Positions 24,219 through 64,000 of a stretch of 64,000 nt of DNA are shown here, one piece after another; the stretch's first letter is position 1; every line of letters starts with the position of its first letter. The translations under genes were made by a program, and so were the position numbers. The notes below the pieces were generated by a model. That model saw only the letters and a program-made list of their open reading frames with translations, ran no database searches and was not told the DNA's origin. Origin of the DNA: Nitrospirales bacterium (GTDB taxonomy: Bacteria; Nitrospirota; Nitrospiria; Nitrospirales; UBA8639); assembly GCA_965203295.1 (NCBI GenBank), contig CBDBCZ010000016.1:1024001-1088000 (forward strand), written 5' to 3'.

Positions 24219-24765
24219 TAGCATTTACATTTTTTGTAGTGCTACGGTAGCTTTTGCCTTTCGAATTATGACAAACTTACCCAATCAGATCGTTTTGCAT
24301 TTAGTATCTGGCAGACTTGAGCCTGAAGGTGCAGGCCTCCCATAATAATTATACAATAGGCTACTACATAAGGAAGCGCCTATATAGCATAAAGGGGAAA
24401 ATCCCTAACAATGCACGATCATAAATGCACGTAACAACACCATAATATTATTGATTATAGTCATTCTACAGTCCGTCAGGATATGCAGTTGAATTTCTAA
24501 GATGAGAGTTAACTGCTGAGTCATGCAAGAGCACTAAACACATATTGTGAGCTGTTTCGGGGAACAGTAGATCTATATAATGTGTAAACATATGTAGTGC
24601 ATAGTACTAAAAGTGTAATTAAAATTCTCGAATACAAGCAGTAATAACTACATATGCAGCAACACTATAACACATAATGTGTCCATATAGCCATTTCAGA
24701 AGACACCAATGTACAACCATATACAGCGTGTATTTTAGCAAGGTGTCATTTTTGCACACACAAGT

Positions 24766-36785
<12,020 letters not shown>

Positions 36786-37032
36786 CTGTAGGAATAGAAA
36801 ATAGGTCAGTTATTGTTGATACGTTTTCTTCATAATACGCAAAACATATCACAGTTAGCTTATCAAAAAAAATGGTAGAGGGTGTGGATGTGAGCTAGCT
36901 TAATTATTCATCCATTCACTGTGAGATAATCAGGGTCACTACTGTATTATCCTGACCCCATGTAAGCCTGAGTTTCAACTCTAACCGAATCAGAATTGGT
37001 GTGCAGTATAGCTATAGCAGCAGTGTCGTATA

Positions 37033-37405
37033 TATATTTGTAGCCCTTGAAGCCATACTATCAAAGGCACCGACTGGGCAATATATGCTGTAGTAACCCC
37101 AGAGCAGGGCAATAACAGGTTATTGCCCTGTGGCTTACCACAGAGCAGGGCAATAACATGATATTGCCCTGTGGTTGCAGCTGCACACTTGAAGGAAGCC
37201 ACTGATGGTAAGCTGCGCATGCACTGGAAGCCATAGGGCTACAAATCTGTTAAACCACGCCACCTGCAGGCTGTATGGGATTTGATAGCGCACTCGTGCA
37301 ATAACTAATTAGAGCCCTCGGGCTTCGCCCTCGGGCCCTAATTAGTTATTGCACTCGTGCGCTATAAATCCCATACAGCCCTTGGTGGCGTGGTTTAACT
37401 AATAC
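37033..37405 (-). mobile_element. Double-hairpin element, family C
   Basis: Hairpin 37249-37399 with TC/TC mismatches and a TTC loop (37324-37326) on +, i.e. GA/GA and GAA on -. The minus strand starts GTATTA. The tail is closed by ATTTGTAGCCCT (37036-37047) / AGGGCTACAAAT (37235-37246). Confidence 0.75.
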
Positions 37406-37653
37406 ATAGCTGGAGTCTATGGCAATGCTAACAGAGACTGTAATATGTCCAAACTATGTAGGCTGGTGCAGTATTCGAAGAGCGAGCAAAAGAACTCACA
37501 GAAGAAATGTATTAACAAAGTCTACCACTCCAAGCCAACCCCATGTGTGTCCTCTCAGGAACAACTTCAATGATGCAAATAAGCTTAAAAACATATGCAT
37601 TTGTACCACAGAGCATGGGCATTTGAAAAGCACCTCCACAGTGTCTGTCTGCC

Positions 37654-37833
37654 TTAATATACATTAGCACTTTTCCCCACGCTTATAGCACTCAAAGAAG
37701 GCCACATACAGGGATCATTGCTATACCGGTGTACATTAAATCAGTTAAAGGTCAGTTTGGGTGAGGGGTTAAACTCCTCGGCTTCGCCTCAAACTTTAAA
37801 TTCCCCTCACTCAAACTGACCTTTAACTATTAC
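37654..37833 (-). mobile_element. Double-hairpin element, family D, copy 1
   Basis: Absent from the other repeat units (empty site TCTGCC|ATACAAC at 38611-38623). Hairpin centre CC-TC-GGC-TTC-GCC-TC. Confidence 0.85.
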
Positions 37834-37980
37834 ATACAACACATGGCAGCCCTTTGATCTCCAGGTTGCCAGGCAACTAAGGTTTTCAGTGTTAGTGCTT
37901 GTCAAAAAGAATATCTAGTTAATTGCCTTCTTTGACGTCATAAATGCAATTATTTGTTATAACAGCTTTTGTGATTGTAT

Positions 37981-38168
37981 GTAATAGTTAAAGGTCAGTT
38001 TGGGTGAGGGGAATTTAAAGTCCGAGGCGAAGCTGAGGATTTTAACCCCTCACCCAAACTGACCTTTGACTGATTTAATGTACATTGGTATAGCAATGAT
38101 CCCTGTATGTGGCCTTCTTTGAGTGCTATAAGCGTGGGAAAAAGTGGTTGCCATGGTAATTACATTAA
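37981..38168 (+). mobile_element. Double-hairpin element, family D, copy 2
   Basis: Starts GTAATA and ends CATTAA. Empty site TTGTAT|TATAGTTTAG at 38762-38777. Centre TCC-GA-GGC-GAA-GCT-GA-GGA. Confidence 0.85.
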
Positions 38169-40396
38169 TATGGTTTAGGTACAACTAATTATACCATGCA
38201 CTACTAAAAATAATATTTATTTTCAACAATGGTTTGGTACTGGAGCTGCATCTACATACCATCTTTCATACTGTGGTGATAGGGGAACCATGTTCTGCTT
38301 ATAAAGAACCTTATACATGGCTATCATTGTATGGATAAATATGTCACATGCAGGTTGAAGGTCTGTAGCAACAATAATATTAAGCAAAAACTGTAACATG
38401 TGACAGCATCCATACTACACAGATGATATAGCAAGACAATACTATATATGCAATAGTGGGCAGATAGTCACGCTGTTTATGGTCTGTTTGGAAACTACAG
38501 TAACAGTTAGGCCTAAATTTACAGAAATGGCAGAACAATAATTGTCCTGCCATATTTATGCACTTGTACCATAGCGCATGGACATTTGAAAAGCACCTCC
38601 ACAGTGACTGTCTGCCATACAACACGTGGCAGACTATTGATCTCCAGGTTGCCAGGCAACTAAGGTTTTCAGTGTTAGTGCTTGTCAAAAGGAATATCTA
38701 GTTATTAATTGCCTTCTTTGATGTCATAAATGCAATTATTTTGTTATAACAGCTTTTTTAATTGTATTATAGTTTAGCTACAACTAATTATACCAATGTT
38801 AAAATAATACGTTATTTTAAAATTTACCCGTATGTATGGCACTAAATCTGCATCTACATACCATTTTTCATAATAGGGGAACAATGTCCTGCTGATAATC
38901 AGATTGTTAGAACCTTACATGGCTATCATTGTATGGATAAATCATATCACAGGTTTAAGGTCTGTAGCAACAATTAAGCAAAAACTGTAACATGTGACAG
39001 CATCCATACTACACAGATGATATAGCAAGACAATACTATATATGCAATAGTGGGCAGATAGTCACGCTGTTTATGGTCTGTTTGGAAACTACAGTAACAA
39101 TTAGGCCTAAATTTACAGAAATGGCAGAACAATAATTGTCCTGCCATAATTATGCACTTGTACCATAGCGCATGGGCATTTGAAAAGCACCTCCACAGTG
39201 ACTGTCTGCCATACAACACGTGGCAGACTATTGATCTCCAGGTTGCCAGGCAACTAAGGTTTTCAGTGTTAGTGCTTGTCAAAAGGAATATCTAGTTAAT
39301 TGCCTTCTTTGATGTCATAAATGCAATTATTTTGTTATAACAGCTTTTTTAATTGTATTATAGTTTAGCTACAACTAATTATACCAATGTTAAAATAATA
39401 GGTTATTTTAAAATTTACCTATATGTATGGCACTAAATCTGCATCTACATACCATTTTTCATAATAGGGGAACAATGTCCTGCTGATAATCAGATTGTTA
39501 GAACCTTACATGGCTATCATTGTATGGATAAATCATATCACAGGTTTAAGGTCTGTAGCAACAATTAAGCAAAAACTGCAACATGTGACAGCATCCATAC
39601 TACACAGATGATATAGCAAGACAATACATTGACCTATATAGTGGTCTGATAGTCACGCTGTTTATGTCTGTTTGGGAACTACAGTAAGAGTTAAATTTAC
39701 AGAAAGGGTAAAACAATAATTAGGCTAGGTGATTGACAAAATGAGGCCAGCATAGATCTTACTCAAGGTAACCAAACTATTATCATCTTTAGCAGTGAGA
39801 GCACATGATTCTCTGCACTATTGAGCCAAATGATAACCTAATTTTCCACAAAATTTATAATATTGGGCCGGCGCCTTCGAACAAGGAAAAACTGAAAGTA
39901 AAATTTATATGGCCAGTAGCTAGCTAATTCCTTTTTTAGAAAAAAGAAAAGCAAGTCATTCCTTTTTCCTTTCCTACAAATAAAAAGAAAGAGGAGGCTA
40001 GACTGTATATACTTCATACAGCATGTCTATTATGTATAGTATACTGCAATGCAGGTGTCTCGGCGATTATGCTCGGGCTCTTAGCGGTGTTCATAGGTGC
40101 GCACTTGATATAGCGGCTCTTGATACTCCAAACCAGCAGATTCAACTAACGTACTTTTTGAAGCTTAGTTCGATGTAATTATATTTAGCTACAATTATGT
40201 ACACATGATAACACAGTAGTCACCTTGCGTCACTGAGGCTGCAAGGAAAATTGCGAGCAAAACCACGGCACTGTGTAGCAACATCTCACCATCCGACAAT
40301 ACCGTCTAGTCAATTGCAAACATACATACGACAATAATTATAGTTATGTCATGCGGTTATTAATCCGTACTCTGTACTACTCTCCCGCTTCAATTA

Positions 40397-40897
40397 TTAT
40401 CAGCCGGAGCGCGCGCAGCGCGCGAACGGCTGGTCCTAACGTTTTCCGCGTCTGTTTGTTTGTCTGTTTGTTTGTGCGTCCGCACTTATCACGTGCGCAG
40501 TATATTACGCCATACGTTATACAACTGTAGTATAATTATAGCAGCTTTTGGAGGTTTGCAGGCCAAGCTACAGCAAACGAAGGTAGTTGTGAGTTACCTA
40601 GATGGCGAAAACTTGGTAGGCAGCCGTAAAGATCCTGTTTTAGTGGCGTATAACTACTAACTAGAAGCGCACGACGAAACTGCTGAGTCGGCACTTTCGC
40701 TGAACTGCGCTGTTTCTACAGTATGCCTATAATTTGTAGGTCTGGAAACGTGACTATGCTGTAGTATAGTTACTATAATTCGTAGTTCTACAGCTGCAGT
40801 TAGCTTGGCCTACGATGAGTTGTGTGTAACTTATTGTATAATAAATGTACGGGAAAGGTGCCCGGCTGGTTTTTTAGATATGAAATGTCAGACTTGT
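40397..40897 (+). mobile_element. DINE-1/HINE-like repeat, copy 2
   Basis: Reverse-complement homologue of 22979-23479. Confidence 0.7.
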
Positions 40898-42283
40898 CTG
40901 TATTAGATTGTACGTCATATATTATGATATATAGCAACTTTCGTCACTCTGTTACATCATAGACACAATTGTGTCTATGGACAGATTAAATGCTCAGTAA
41001 AAAGTAGTGTTGTTTTAGTATGGCTTTACATAATTAGATTTAGTTTTAGTAAAAAAGCTAGTGAAGAAGAAAATTTAGTTTTAGTTTTAGTTAGTTAACT
41101 AAAAGGAAAAAAGGGTTACTAAAAGTGTTTTAGTATTAGTTAACCATAACTAAATGTGGAGATTCTGTTGAAAAAAGTATTAGTTTAGTTATAGTTTATT
41201 CTCAGAGGCCAATACCCTTGAAGTTTTAGTTTTAGTTAGTTAACTAAATGTGTTTTTGCTCCTACTAAAACACATTTTGCTTTTAGTTTCAGTTAACCAA
41301 AAGTAAAAAGGGTGTGTGATACTGAGTGCTGTAGCATTCTTCCTGAGATTTTATCTGGCCCATTAATCATTTTGATTGTGAGACATCAATAGTAAGACTC
41401 CATGCAGGAGGTGTGCCACTTCTTCCTGACAGCATAGAACACCCCCAGGGCATTCATCAGGTATAGTAAAACCAAGACAATTGTGGCTAGTCAGTGGTGG
41501 TAGCATAGATAGTAGACTACTATCTATGCTACCACCATAGATAGTAGACTACTATCTATCCCACCACCATAGATAGTAGACTATTATACTATCTATGGTG
41601 GTAGCTAGGACTTTGTTAAAGAAAAAACTATTGAGCATCCTTGCCTTGCATGTCTTTATCATTGTTTGCAGTACAATCATCATGAGACAAGATACGTAAG
41701 GACTGCATGACATTGTGCTTTGTTCCTTGCAAAGGTATAATAGTCTTCCAAAACTGCTTATCTGGCTTGATCTGAAGTTGCAAAATTTTAATAATAAACT
41801 AGCTGGCTGAAGTGTGTGGGGTGGAGAGTTGGTTATGTAGGACCTGGCCATGGCATGTAGTTTGGAGTACATACATGCATACATGTATGCAAGGGGAAAG
41901 TCTACATGTAGTTTTGCTGATTACTTGAGCCATGAAACCTTATAAAAAGGCCAGCTAGACTGGGAAAAAAGTGGATGCAAGATATTGGCAACTCTTGGCT
42001 GTGTGAAGAGAAAGTGATTCCAGTCAAACAAACCCTCGATCTGCCTTAAACTGGCATTAAATTTTGTCGAACATGCTGTCCGGTTAGCACAGGTCAAAAC
42101 TATCATTCATAAAGAAAAGCATAATCATCTACAACAAAATCAAGACATTTCTACCATATGAGTAGTCACAACTAGACAGTTATTACAGATCTTAGACACT
42201 GAGAATAACTAAGTGACGCTAATTACAACAGTCATGCACACAAAATCTCTGGTAGCTAGTTACATGTAGTGTCTATCAAATTT

Positions 42284-58402
<16,119 letters not shown>

Positions 58403-58805
58403 AGTCTGTTGCACGCTGTCTCGAGTAGTCTCTTGAGGGGGCGGATTGCAAAATAGATTGCCGGTAAAGCACAGCGTAATTGGCGAGGTCAATAGCCTAT
58501 ATTTATAGACTGCGCATGCGCACACGGCAGCAATCAACATAGCTAGAGGCGTGGTCTGGGAGGCTAGCTACTCGTGAAATTGAATGGTGCCTGTCTGTGA
58601 GGTAAAGTTCGGCTGCAGCCAGGCTTTCCCGTCTACTACGTAGTCCCATGCTGTATATACTCACTTCAGCAGGAGGCTGATGTACGATGCTGGCTATTAA
58701 ACAGCCATTTGCATGGGACATTGCAACTGTATACCGTTTTTACATCGTTTTTCCATGTCTGTCCTCCTTAGCAGTTGATATTCTAGATTGAGTCGAGCAC
58801 TGGAG
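58403..58805. promoter_or_regulatory. Probable bidirectional promoter between the two ACSBG paralogues
   Basis: 403 bp between divergent ATGs. Palindromic NRF1-type site TGCGCATGCGCA at 58511-58522; TATAAATA on the minus strand at ~58500-58507. Confidence 0.6.
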
Positions 58806-61800
58806 ATGTCTGAAGGTGAAGCCCAAGCCGAGCAAGAGATTCAAGAATTGCCAGGTTGGTAGCTACTAAAGCTTCAAAAGCCTCTGCCTCCAAATTGTAA
58901 CTTACTTGGAGAAATTAGTGGAATAGTAAAGGATACTGACTACAACGGTTCCGGTGCATGCAGTTTGCAAAAGCACGTGCCAAGCAACTTTGTTTACATG
59001 ACTACATGTGCATGTAATACATGTATAAGCTGTACAAAATCAAAATTTAATTCCATTAGTTGGAAAATGTATGTTCTGAGCTCTTTCAAGTAATCTAGGT
59101 TACAAATGCGGGGCTATTAGGATGCTGAAACTGAGGTTAGAGTGTCCTGCACGCTCAGCCTGTCCCTGCCACTAGCTGTGATTTACTGACGAGTTTGGCT
59201 TATGTAATCCGGGGGGCAGTAAAGCTGCAGTCATTTGAACTGGTTTAAGTATGATGATGGTAGCCTCGTTCCCAGGCCCGCAACGTTTTCAGTTATGCTA
59301 AAGTTATCACAGGTCCTAGGATCGATCTAGAGTTATGTGTGCAGGCCAAAAGAGGGAGAGGTAGTAGAGAGGGAATTATGAGCGTGGGCGAGTACACTTG
59401 CAATTCTCTGACGAGTGAAGGTAGCGAATCTACACTTCCCGTAATTTTCTGTGTAGTCTGTTTGTGCCATAGACTTACTGCTAAAAGAAAGTCTCCACTA
59501 TAGTATAGAGAAACACAGCTGTATTTCGAAGTGGGTAATGATGTACATGTAAGTTGATCACGTAACTTTAGATACCAGGCCCTGTGAATTTCCTTCGTGC
59601 AACCGAGAAAATCACCAGCCTGGGAACGAGGCTGTACTGATGGCCAGAAGGAGCATGTACGTACCTTTCATATATAAAAAGGACTATTGGTTAAACATAC
59701 TGTACATGTATGAAAGGGAGAAAACAGCCATTAGGGCTTCAATCTGTAGAGATAATCGTTTTGTAATTTATTGTTGAATGAAAGCATAGAACGTGTGGAA
59801 GATACGTTCTTATGGACAAGGCCAACTGTTACTAGTAATCTTTTCACTGCTGCAACTCAGTAGAGTCTCACTGGCAGCTAGGGTGCTTGTGACTATGCTA
59901 CAGCAGATGTTTCTCGGGCCAGTGCAAATGCAGATACATTTTCGCTGTAGCTCTTTGCAAAGAGAAGTGCGTGTATAGTATTTGATTAAACACTATGGGA
60001 ATGTTTTTAAGTGCTCTGTCTGCACACTCAGCGTGGCACAATAGCTGAGACAACATTTGTACATCTGACCATCATCTCACACTGGGTGCTAGTCTCACTC
60101 CCACGCTAGTCAAGCGCCTGGGGACCAGGCCAATTAAATAGAATCCACAATATTTTTACGCCAGGATGGAAATAGCTTGTGTATGTTTGCATGTCAGGCA
60201 AAAGCTAGCATGAACGAAAATTAAAATCACAAAATCACGGCAGCACATTTGGTTTTCAATCATTTGCTTTGGTTTAAAATTGTGATACACTGCACAGCTT
60301 ACATAATTATATGAAGTAAGCTTATAATTATGTACTAATGTACCTTCCAGGCTTCACATCCCATCTGTCTGTCCTTGATATGGTAACAGTTTCAGTTTGT
60401 TGGCAAATCTACCTTGACTCCTCCCCGCTATTGACTGGAGCCAGGGTCTGTATGGCTCTATTAGCTGTGCTTGAATGGTGGCTTTGTTAGCTCTGTTGCT
60501 TGAATTTGTCTATGGCATAAGCTTTATTTGGTTTGGTTAAAGCAGAGGGCCTTAAGAAGTACTGCAGGGGGTTGGGTATCCAGGAACAAGATTGATGTTT
60601 AAGGCTGGGTCGGGTACTAATGGTCTGAATAAAGATTTAGGAAGACATAGGGGTACAAATGATGATAGGCAGTGGGTGAGAGTGTAGTACATGTGCTCTG
60701 GCAGTATGACCCCATTTGATATACTTTCATGGGAGAAATAGACAACCTGTTGAGGAGGGGGGGGAGTTTTGAAGAGTTTTGTGCACTCAGGAGAACAGGC
60801 TTTGTTTGAGGGTGTGGACAGGTATGACTTTAAGGCTTTATTAAGACTAATTTAAGAGTTTTGTCTGGGATACTAGAAAGAATAAATTATATTATGGTGA
60901 TCAGGATGGTGAAACATTTTAATTGCCCTTGCTCTTGTCCTCGATTAAAGATTACAAGCTCCGCCTGTGTATGTGGGTGCATGGTCAATGACGTAAGTGC
61001 TATGGCAGCAACATGAGTATATAAAGCAGAGGGCCTGGTATCTAGAGTCATCGTCAATCAACGTACGTTGATCAATATGCATGGCTAAGGACTAGCTGAT
61101 TCGAAAGTTTTTTTAAGACATCGTTTCAGTGATATGTCTGTAGCTCAAATGGGCTGTGAAGAATACTACCTTCACTGTCTGAGAAGTGCTCACCCACGCT
61201 CAATAATTACCCTTCTACTACATGCATATGTACCTTTCTGCTCTTAGGCTGGTGCATGTGACTTTACTTACCAGGCCCTGTGACAGTTCATATTGTTAAT
61301 AAAAAAAGGCACGGGCTTGGGAATGAAGCTATATATATATATACCTTGTTACTTTGAGAGTCCAGTTGGCACTTACATGTAGGCGGTTTTCCTCTGGGTA
61401 AAAGATTACCAAAACACTGAGTGAATATTGTTAACTTCAGAGCTGGAATTCACATGGGAGTGCATATTCATGCAGGGTTATTCACCCAAAAACGCCCCAT
61501 GATAATGACAGCTTGACTGATGGGCTACATGTATGTCTTTCCTGTAGCAGCCTCCGAGCAGCCAGAGGGAGAAGGGGGTGGGGCTGTTAAGGAGGAGGAG
61601 CAGCAGCCAGAGGGGGAAGTGGGTGGGGCTGTTAAGGAGGAGGAGCAGCAGCCAGAGGGAGAAGGGGGTGGGGCTGTTAAGGAGGAGGAGCAGCAGAGAG
61701 AAGAGGGCGGGGCTGCCCAAGAAGGGAAACCGGAGCAACAGCAGGGAGAAGAAAAACCAGGTGCGATCATTGCACTTATTAGTTATCATGCCCTCAACAT

Positions 61801-63157
61801 ATATGTCATGTATCTACATGGTTTGTCCGTTTCACTGGTATAGGCCACTAAAAGTCCATACTTTATATTAACACCTAATATAAAAACACCATATACATTC
61901 ATATGGGCCTTGTGGAAGGAGGTCTCTACTGGTGAAAGGGTTATGCGCTAATCTGCAGTAGCTGTATATTGTGTTTCAAACGAATGATAGATAGGTAGCT
62001 GTAACAGATTGGATTGTCAATCGGTGATACAGACACTATATATATATGCTTGTATACTGTATGCGAGAAATTTTCACTGGGAGGTAAAAGTTCGCCAATT
62101 TCGCCAGTCAGTTCAAGTGACAACATTTAAACCATCGAAAAGTTTCCGTGTTGATGAAAGCTGCAAGTGAATCATGCCTCTACTAACCGAGACGCAATCA
62201 CTCTACTAAGATACTTGCAAGTTCTGTAGCACTGCAACAAGCTCACTAACCTTGCAAGGCGTAGTCTCACAGAGCCAGACCGTTTGCAGCGATGGCCTGC
62301 AAAGCTAGGACTATAGTCTTGCTGGCTCGCGAAACTACTGCAGGACCACTGACCTCACTACTGGTGATGGACAAAAGGTACCAATGGCGGCAATCCCGAA
62401 CAATCTTCAACCAGGTAGGTTTTCTATAGTGACTCGGGCTTAATTGCATTTATGTTAAATGAAATCAGTTCTTTGGAGGCATGTACGAAAGTAAATCTGG
62501 CAAATTTTTTACGCAATCTTTTGCAACTGCATTTGGCGAAATGTTTCCCTGGCGAAAATTTACCACTATACGGCAATTAAGTGTTAGTGACTTGTGCTGC
62601 ATTTAACTTGGCTGCTAAGAGTAGCCTTAATTGGGTGTCTATATAGACTAAAATAGCAGTCCTGTTTTGGAGAGTGTATGACAGGTTACAAACACTTCCA
62701 AATTTAGCAGGAATGTATTGCTTCTCACATCTTGAAGTTTGCCGAAAGTGCTTGAGACTTTCTATTCCACATTTACTGTATGTTACCTAAGAAGCCTGCA
62801 TGTATGTCCTAATATGTCACCCTCTCAGCTGGTGAGCCGGAGCCCAAAGAGCTACTCTTGGCAGCTGAGGGGGAGGGGCAGCCCGAGCAACAGGAAGAGG
62901 AGCCGAAGCCGAAACGTCTGCCGAGGACTCGGGTTCGGACAGCTGATCCTGGTGAGGGCGTGGACCTGGCAATGGAGACGTCAGGTCTCGGGGCAGAGGA
63001 ACCAATCACCGTGGGACAGATGTTCCAGGACACCAAGACCCGCATCCCAGACCGCCCCGCCCTCAGGTTCAAGGCGGATCCGGAAGGGGACTGGACCACC
63101 ATCAGCTATGCTGAGTACTACGACCTCTGCATCCGGGCTGCCAAGTCCTTCCTCAAG
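58806..63157 (+). CDS. ACSBG: ACSBG-family acyl-CoA ligase, paralogue 2, 5' part (continues beyond the window)
   Basis: Exons 58806-58854, 61548-61760 (acidic, 3 x 51-bp repeat) and 62829-63157 (EGVDLAMETSGLGAEEPITVGQMFQDT..ISYAEYYDLCIRAAKSFLK). The last is homologous to 56172-56422 and has the same donor position. Confidence 0.85.
59261..59633. mobile_element. MITE with TAGCCTCGTTCCCAGG termini (Academ-like)
   Basis: TAGCCTCGTTCCCAGGC / GCCTGGGAACGAGGCT inverted termini. Confidence 0.65.
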
Positions 63158-63235
63158 GTGGGCTGGTATTCCTAATAATTCTCATAAGTCCTTCCCTAGG
63201 TGGGAATCAGGCTAGTCATCCCCTGTGTAGGATCA

Positions 63236-63590
63236 GGCTAGAGTTGTGGCAATCCCTACATGGGCTAGAGTTGTGGCAATCCCTACATGGGCTAGAGTTG
63301 TGGCAATCCCTACATGGGCTAGAGTTGTGGCAATCCCTACATGGGCTAGAGTTGTGGCAATCCCTACATGGGCTAGAGTTGTGGCAATCCCTACATGGGC
63401 TAGAGTTGTGGCAATCCCTACATGGGCTAGAGTTGTGGCAATCCCTACATGGGCTAGAGTTGTGGCAATCCCTACATGGGCTAGAGTTGTGGCAATCCCT
63501 ACATGGGCTAGAGTTGTGGCAAACCCTACATGGGCTAGAGTTGTGGCAATCCCTACATGGGCTAGAGTTGTGGCAAACCCTAGCTACATG
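63236..63590. repeat. 27-bp minisatellite (GGCTAGAGTTGTGGCAATCCCTACATG), about 13 copies
   Basis: Head-to-tail, near-identical units with no spacers; intronic. Confidence 0.95.
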
Positions 63591-63793
63591 GGGACCAGGC
63601 TAGAAATCCCCTACTGGACTCGTTCCCAGACCCAGGTTGTTTTCGCATTCCAGAGAAGTGGGCTCTGGGGTTTCTGTTGGCGCTCCTCTAGAGATTCCTA
63701 GTAACTCTGTTGTCATTCTTGGCATACCTAATAATGAGATACCTGTATGAGAAGAGAGAGAGGGAGGTTTTGGCTTGGGCCCAGCCAGTAATT

Positions 63794-63984
63794 TATTTTG
63801 ATATTGTACATACACACTTTTCCTCATTGTCATCACACGCTTCACGAAGGCTCGCCCCACTATGCCCTGCATATCACTAGTTTATTTTGGTATTGTTCAT
63901 GCACACTTTTCCTCATTGTCATCATATGCTTCACGAAGGCTCGCTCCACTATGCCCTGCATATCACTAGTTTATTTTGGTATTG
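63794..63984. repeat. ~90-bp tandem duplication
   Basis: CACACTTTTCCTCATTGTCATC..CTAGTTTATTTTGGTATTG occurs twice. Confidence 0.8.
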
Positions 63985-64000
63985 TGTAGGGGAGTTCCCA

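Larger units (their letters stand above)
37610..39720. repeat. ~590-bp tandem repeat, about 3 copies; the first copy carries two insertions
   Basis: TTAAGCAAAAACTG recurs at 38380, 38974 and ~39564. The near-identical ORFs 38380-38688 and 38974-39282 simply reflect this duplication. Confidence 0.9.

Noticed and set aside
37654..38168. One MITE with ~170-bp TIRs
   Set aside because: The 147 bp between the arms is host tandem-repeat sequence and each arm has its own empty site, so these are two separate insertions.
38380..39282. Two near-identical 102-aa ORFs
   Set aside because: They start at TTG, have no recognisable domain, and the third repeat unit is disrupted. The tandem duplication explains them.
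60300..60960. Possible decayed LINE fragment on the minus strand
   Set aside because: Composition is suggestive but I could not identify a diagnostic motif.
63236..63590. 27-bp repeat array as a CRISPR array or a repeat protein (WQSLHGLEL / AIPTWARVV ORFs)
   Set aside because: Units are contiguous with no unique spacers, there are no cas genes, and it lies in an intron. The ORFs are a by-product of a stop-free 27-mer.

Overview
Eukaryotic, intron-rich animal DNA, most likely a demosponge (inferred from the gene families and gene architecture, not proven). Genes: (1) two tandem, intronless Cys-rich-ectodomain/multi-TM paralogues sharing a near-identical core; (2) a degenerate Sushi-GAIN/GPS-7TM adhesion GPCR whose 5' part abuts a DIRS/Ngaro-type retroelement remnant; (3) a 16-exon Calx-beta gene built from two tandem [Cys module + 4 Calx-beta] units; (4) two head-to-head bubblegum-type long-chain acyl-CoA ligase (ACSBG) paralogues around a ~400 bp bidirectional promoter, one lacking an expected exon. 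Introns and intergenic DNA are full of MITEs (Kolobok-, Tc1/pogo-, Academ- and DINE/HINE-like) and simple repeats. The most unusual signal is eight copies, in five sequence-unrelated families, of a small non-coding mobile element with one shared structure. Each has a GTA.. start, a long hairpin whose recurrent mismatches are tandem 5'-CGAG GA/GA pairs and whose cap is a GAA triloop, and a second stem closing on a ..TAA end. Empty-site comparison inside a local tandem repeat shows insertion 3' of TTGTAT with no target-site duplication. This suggests a folded single-stranded-DNA intermediate.
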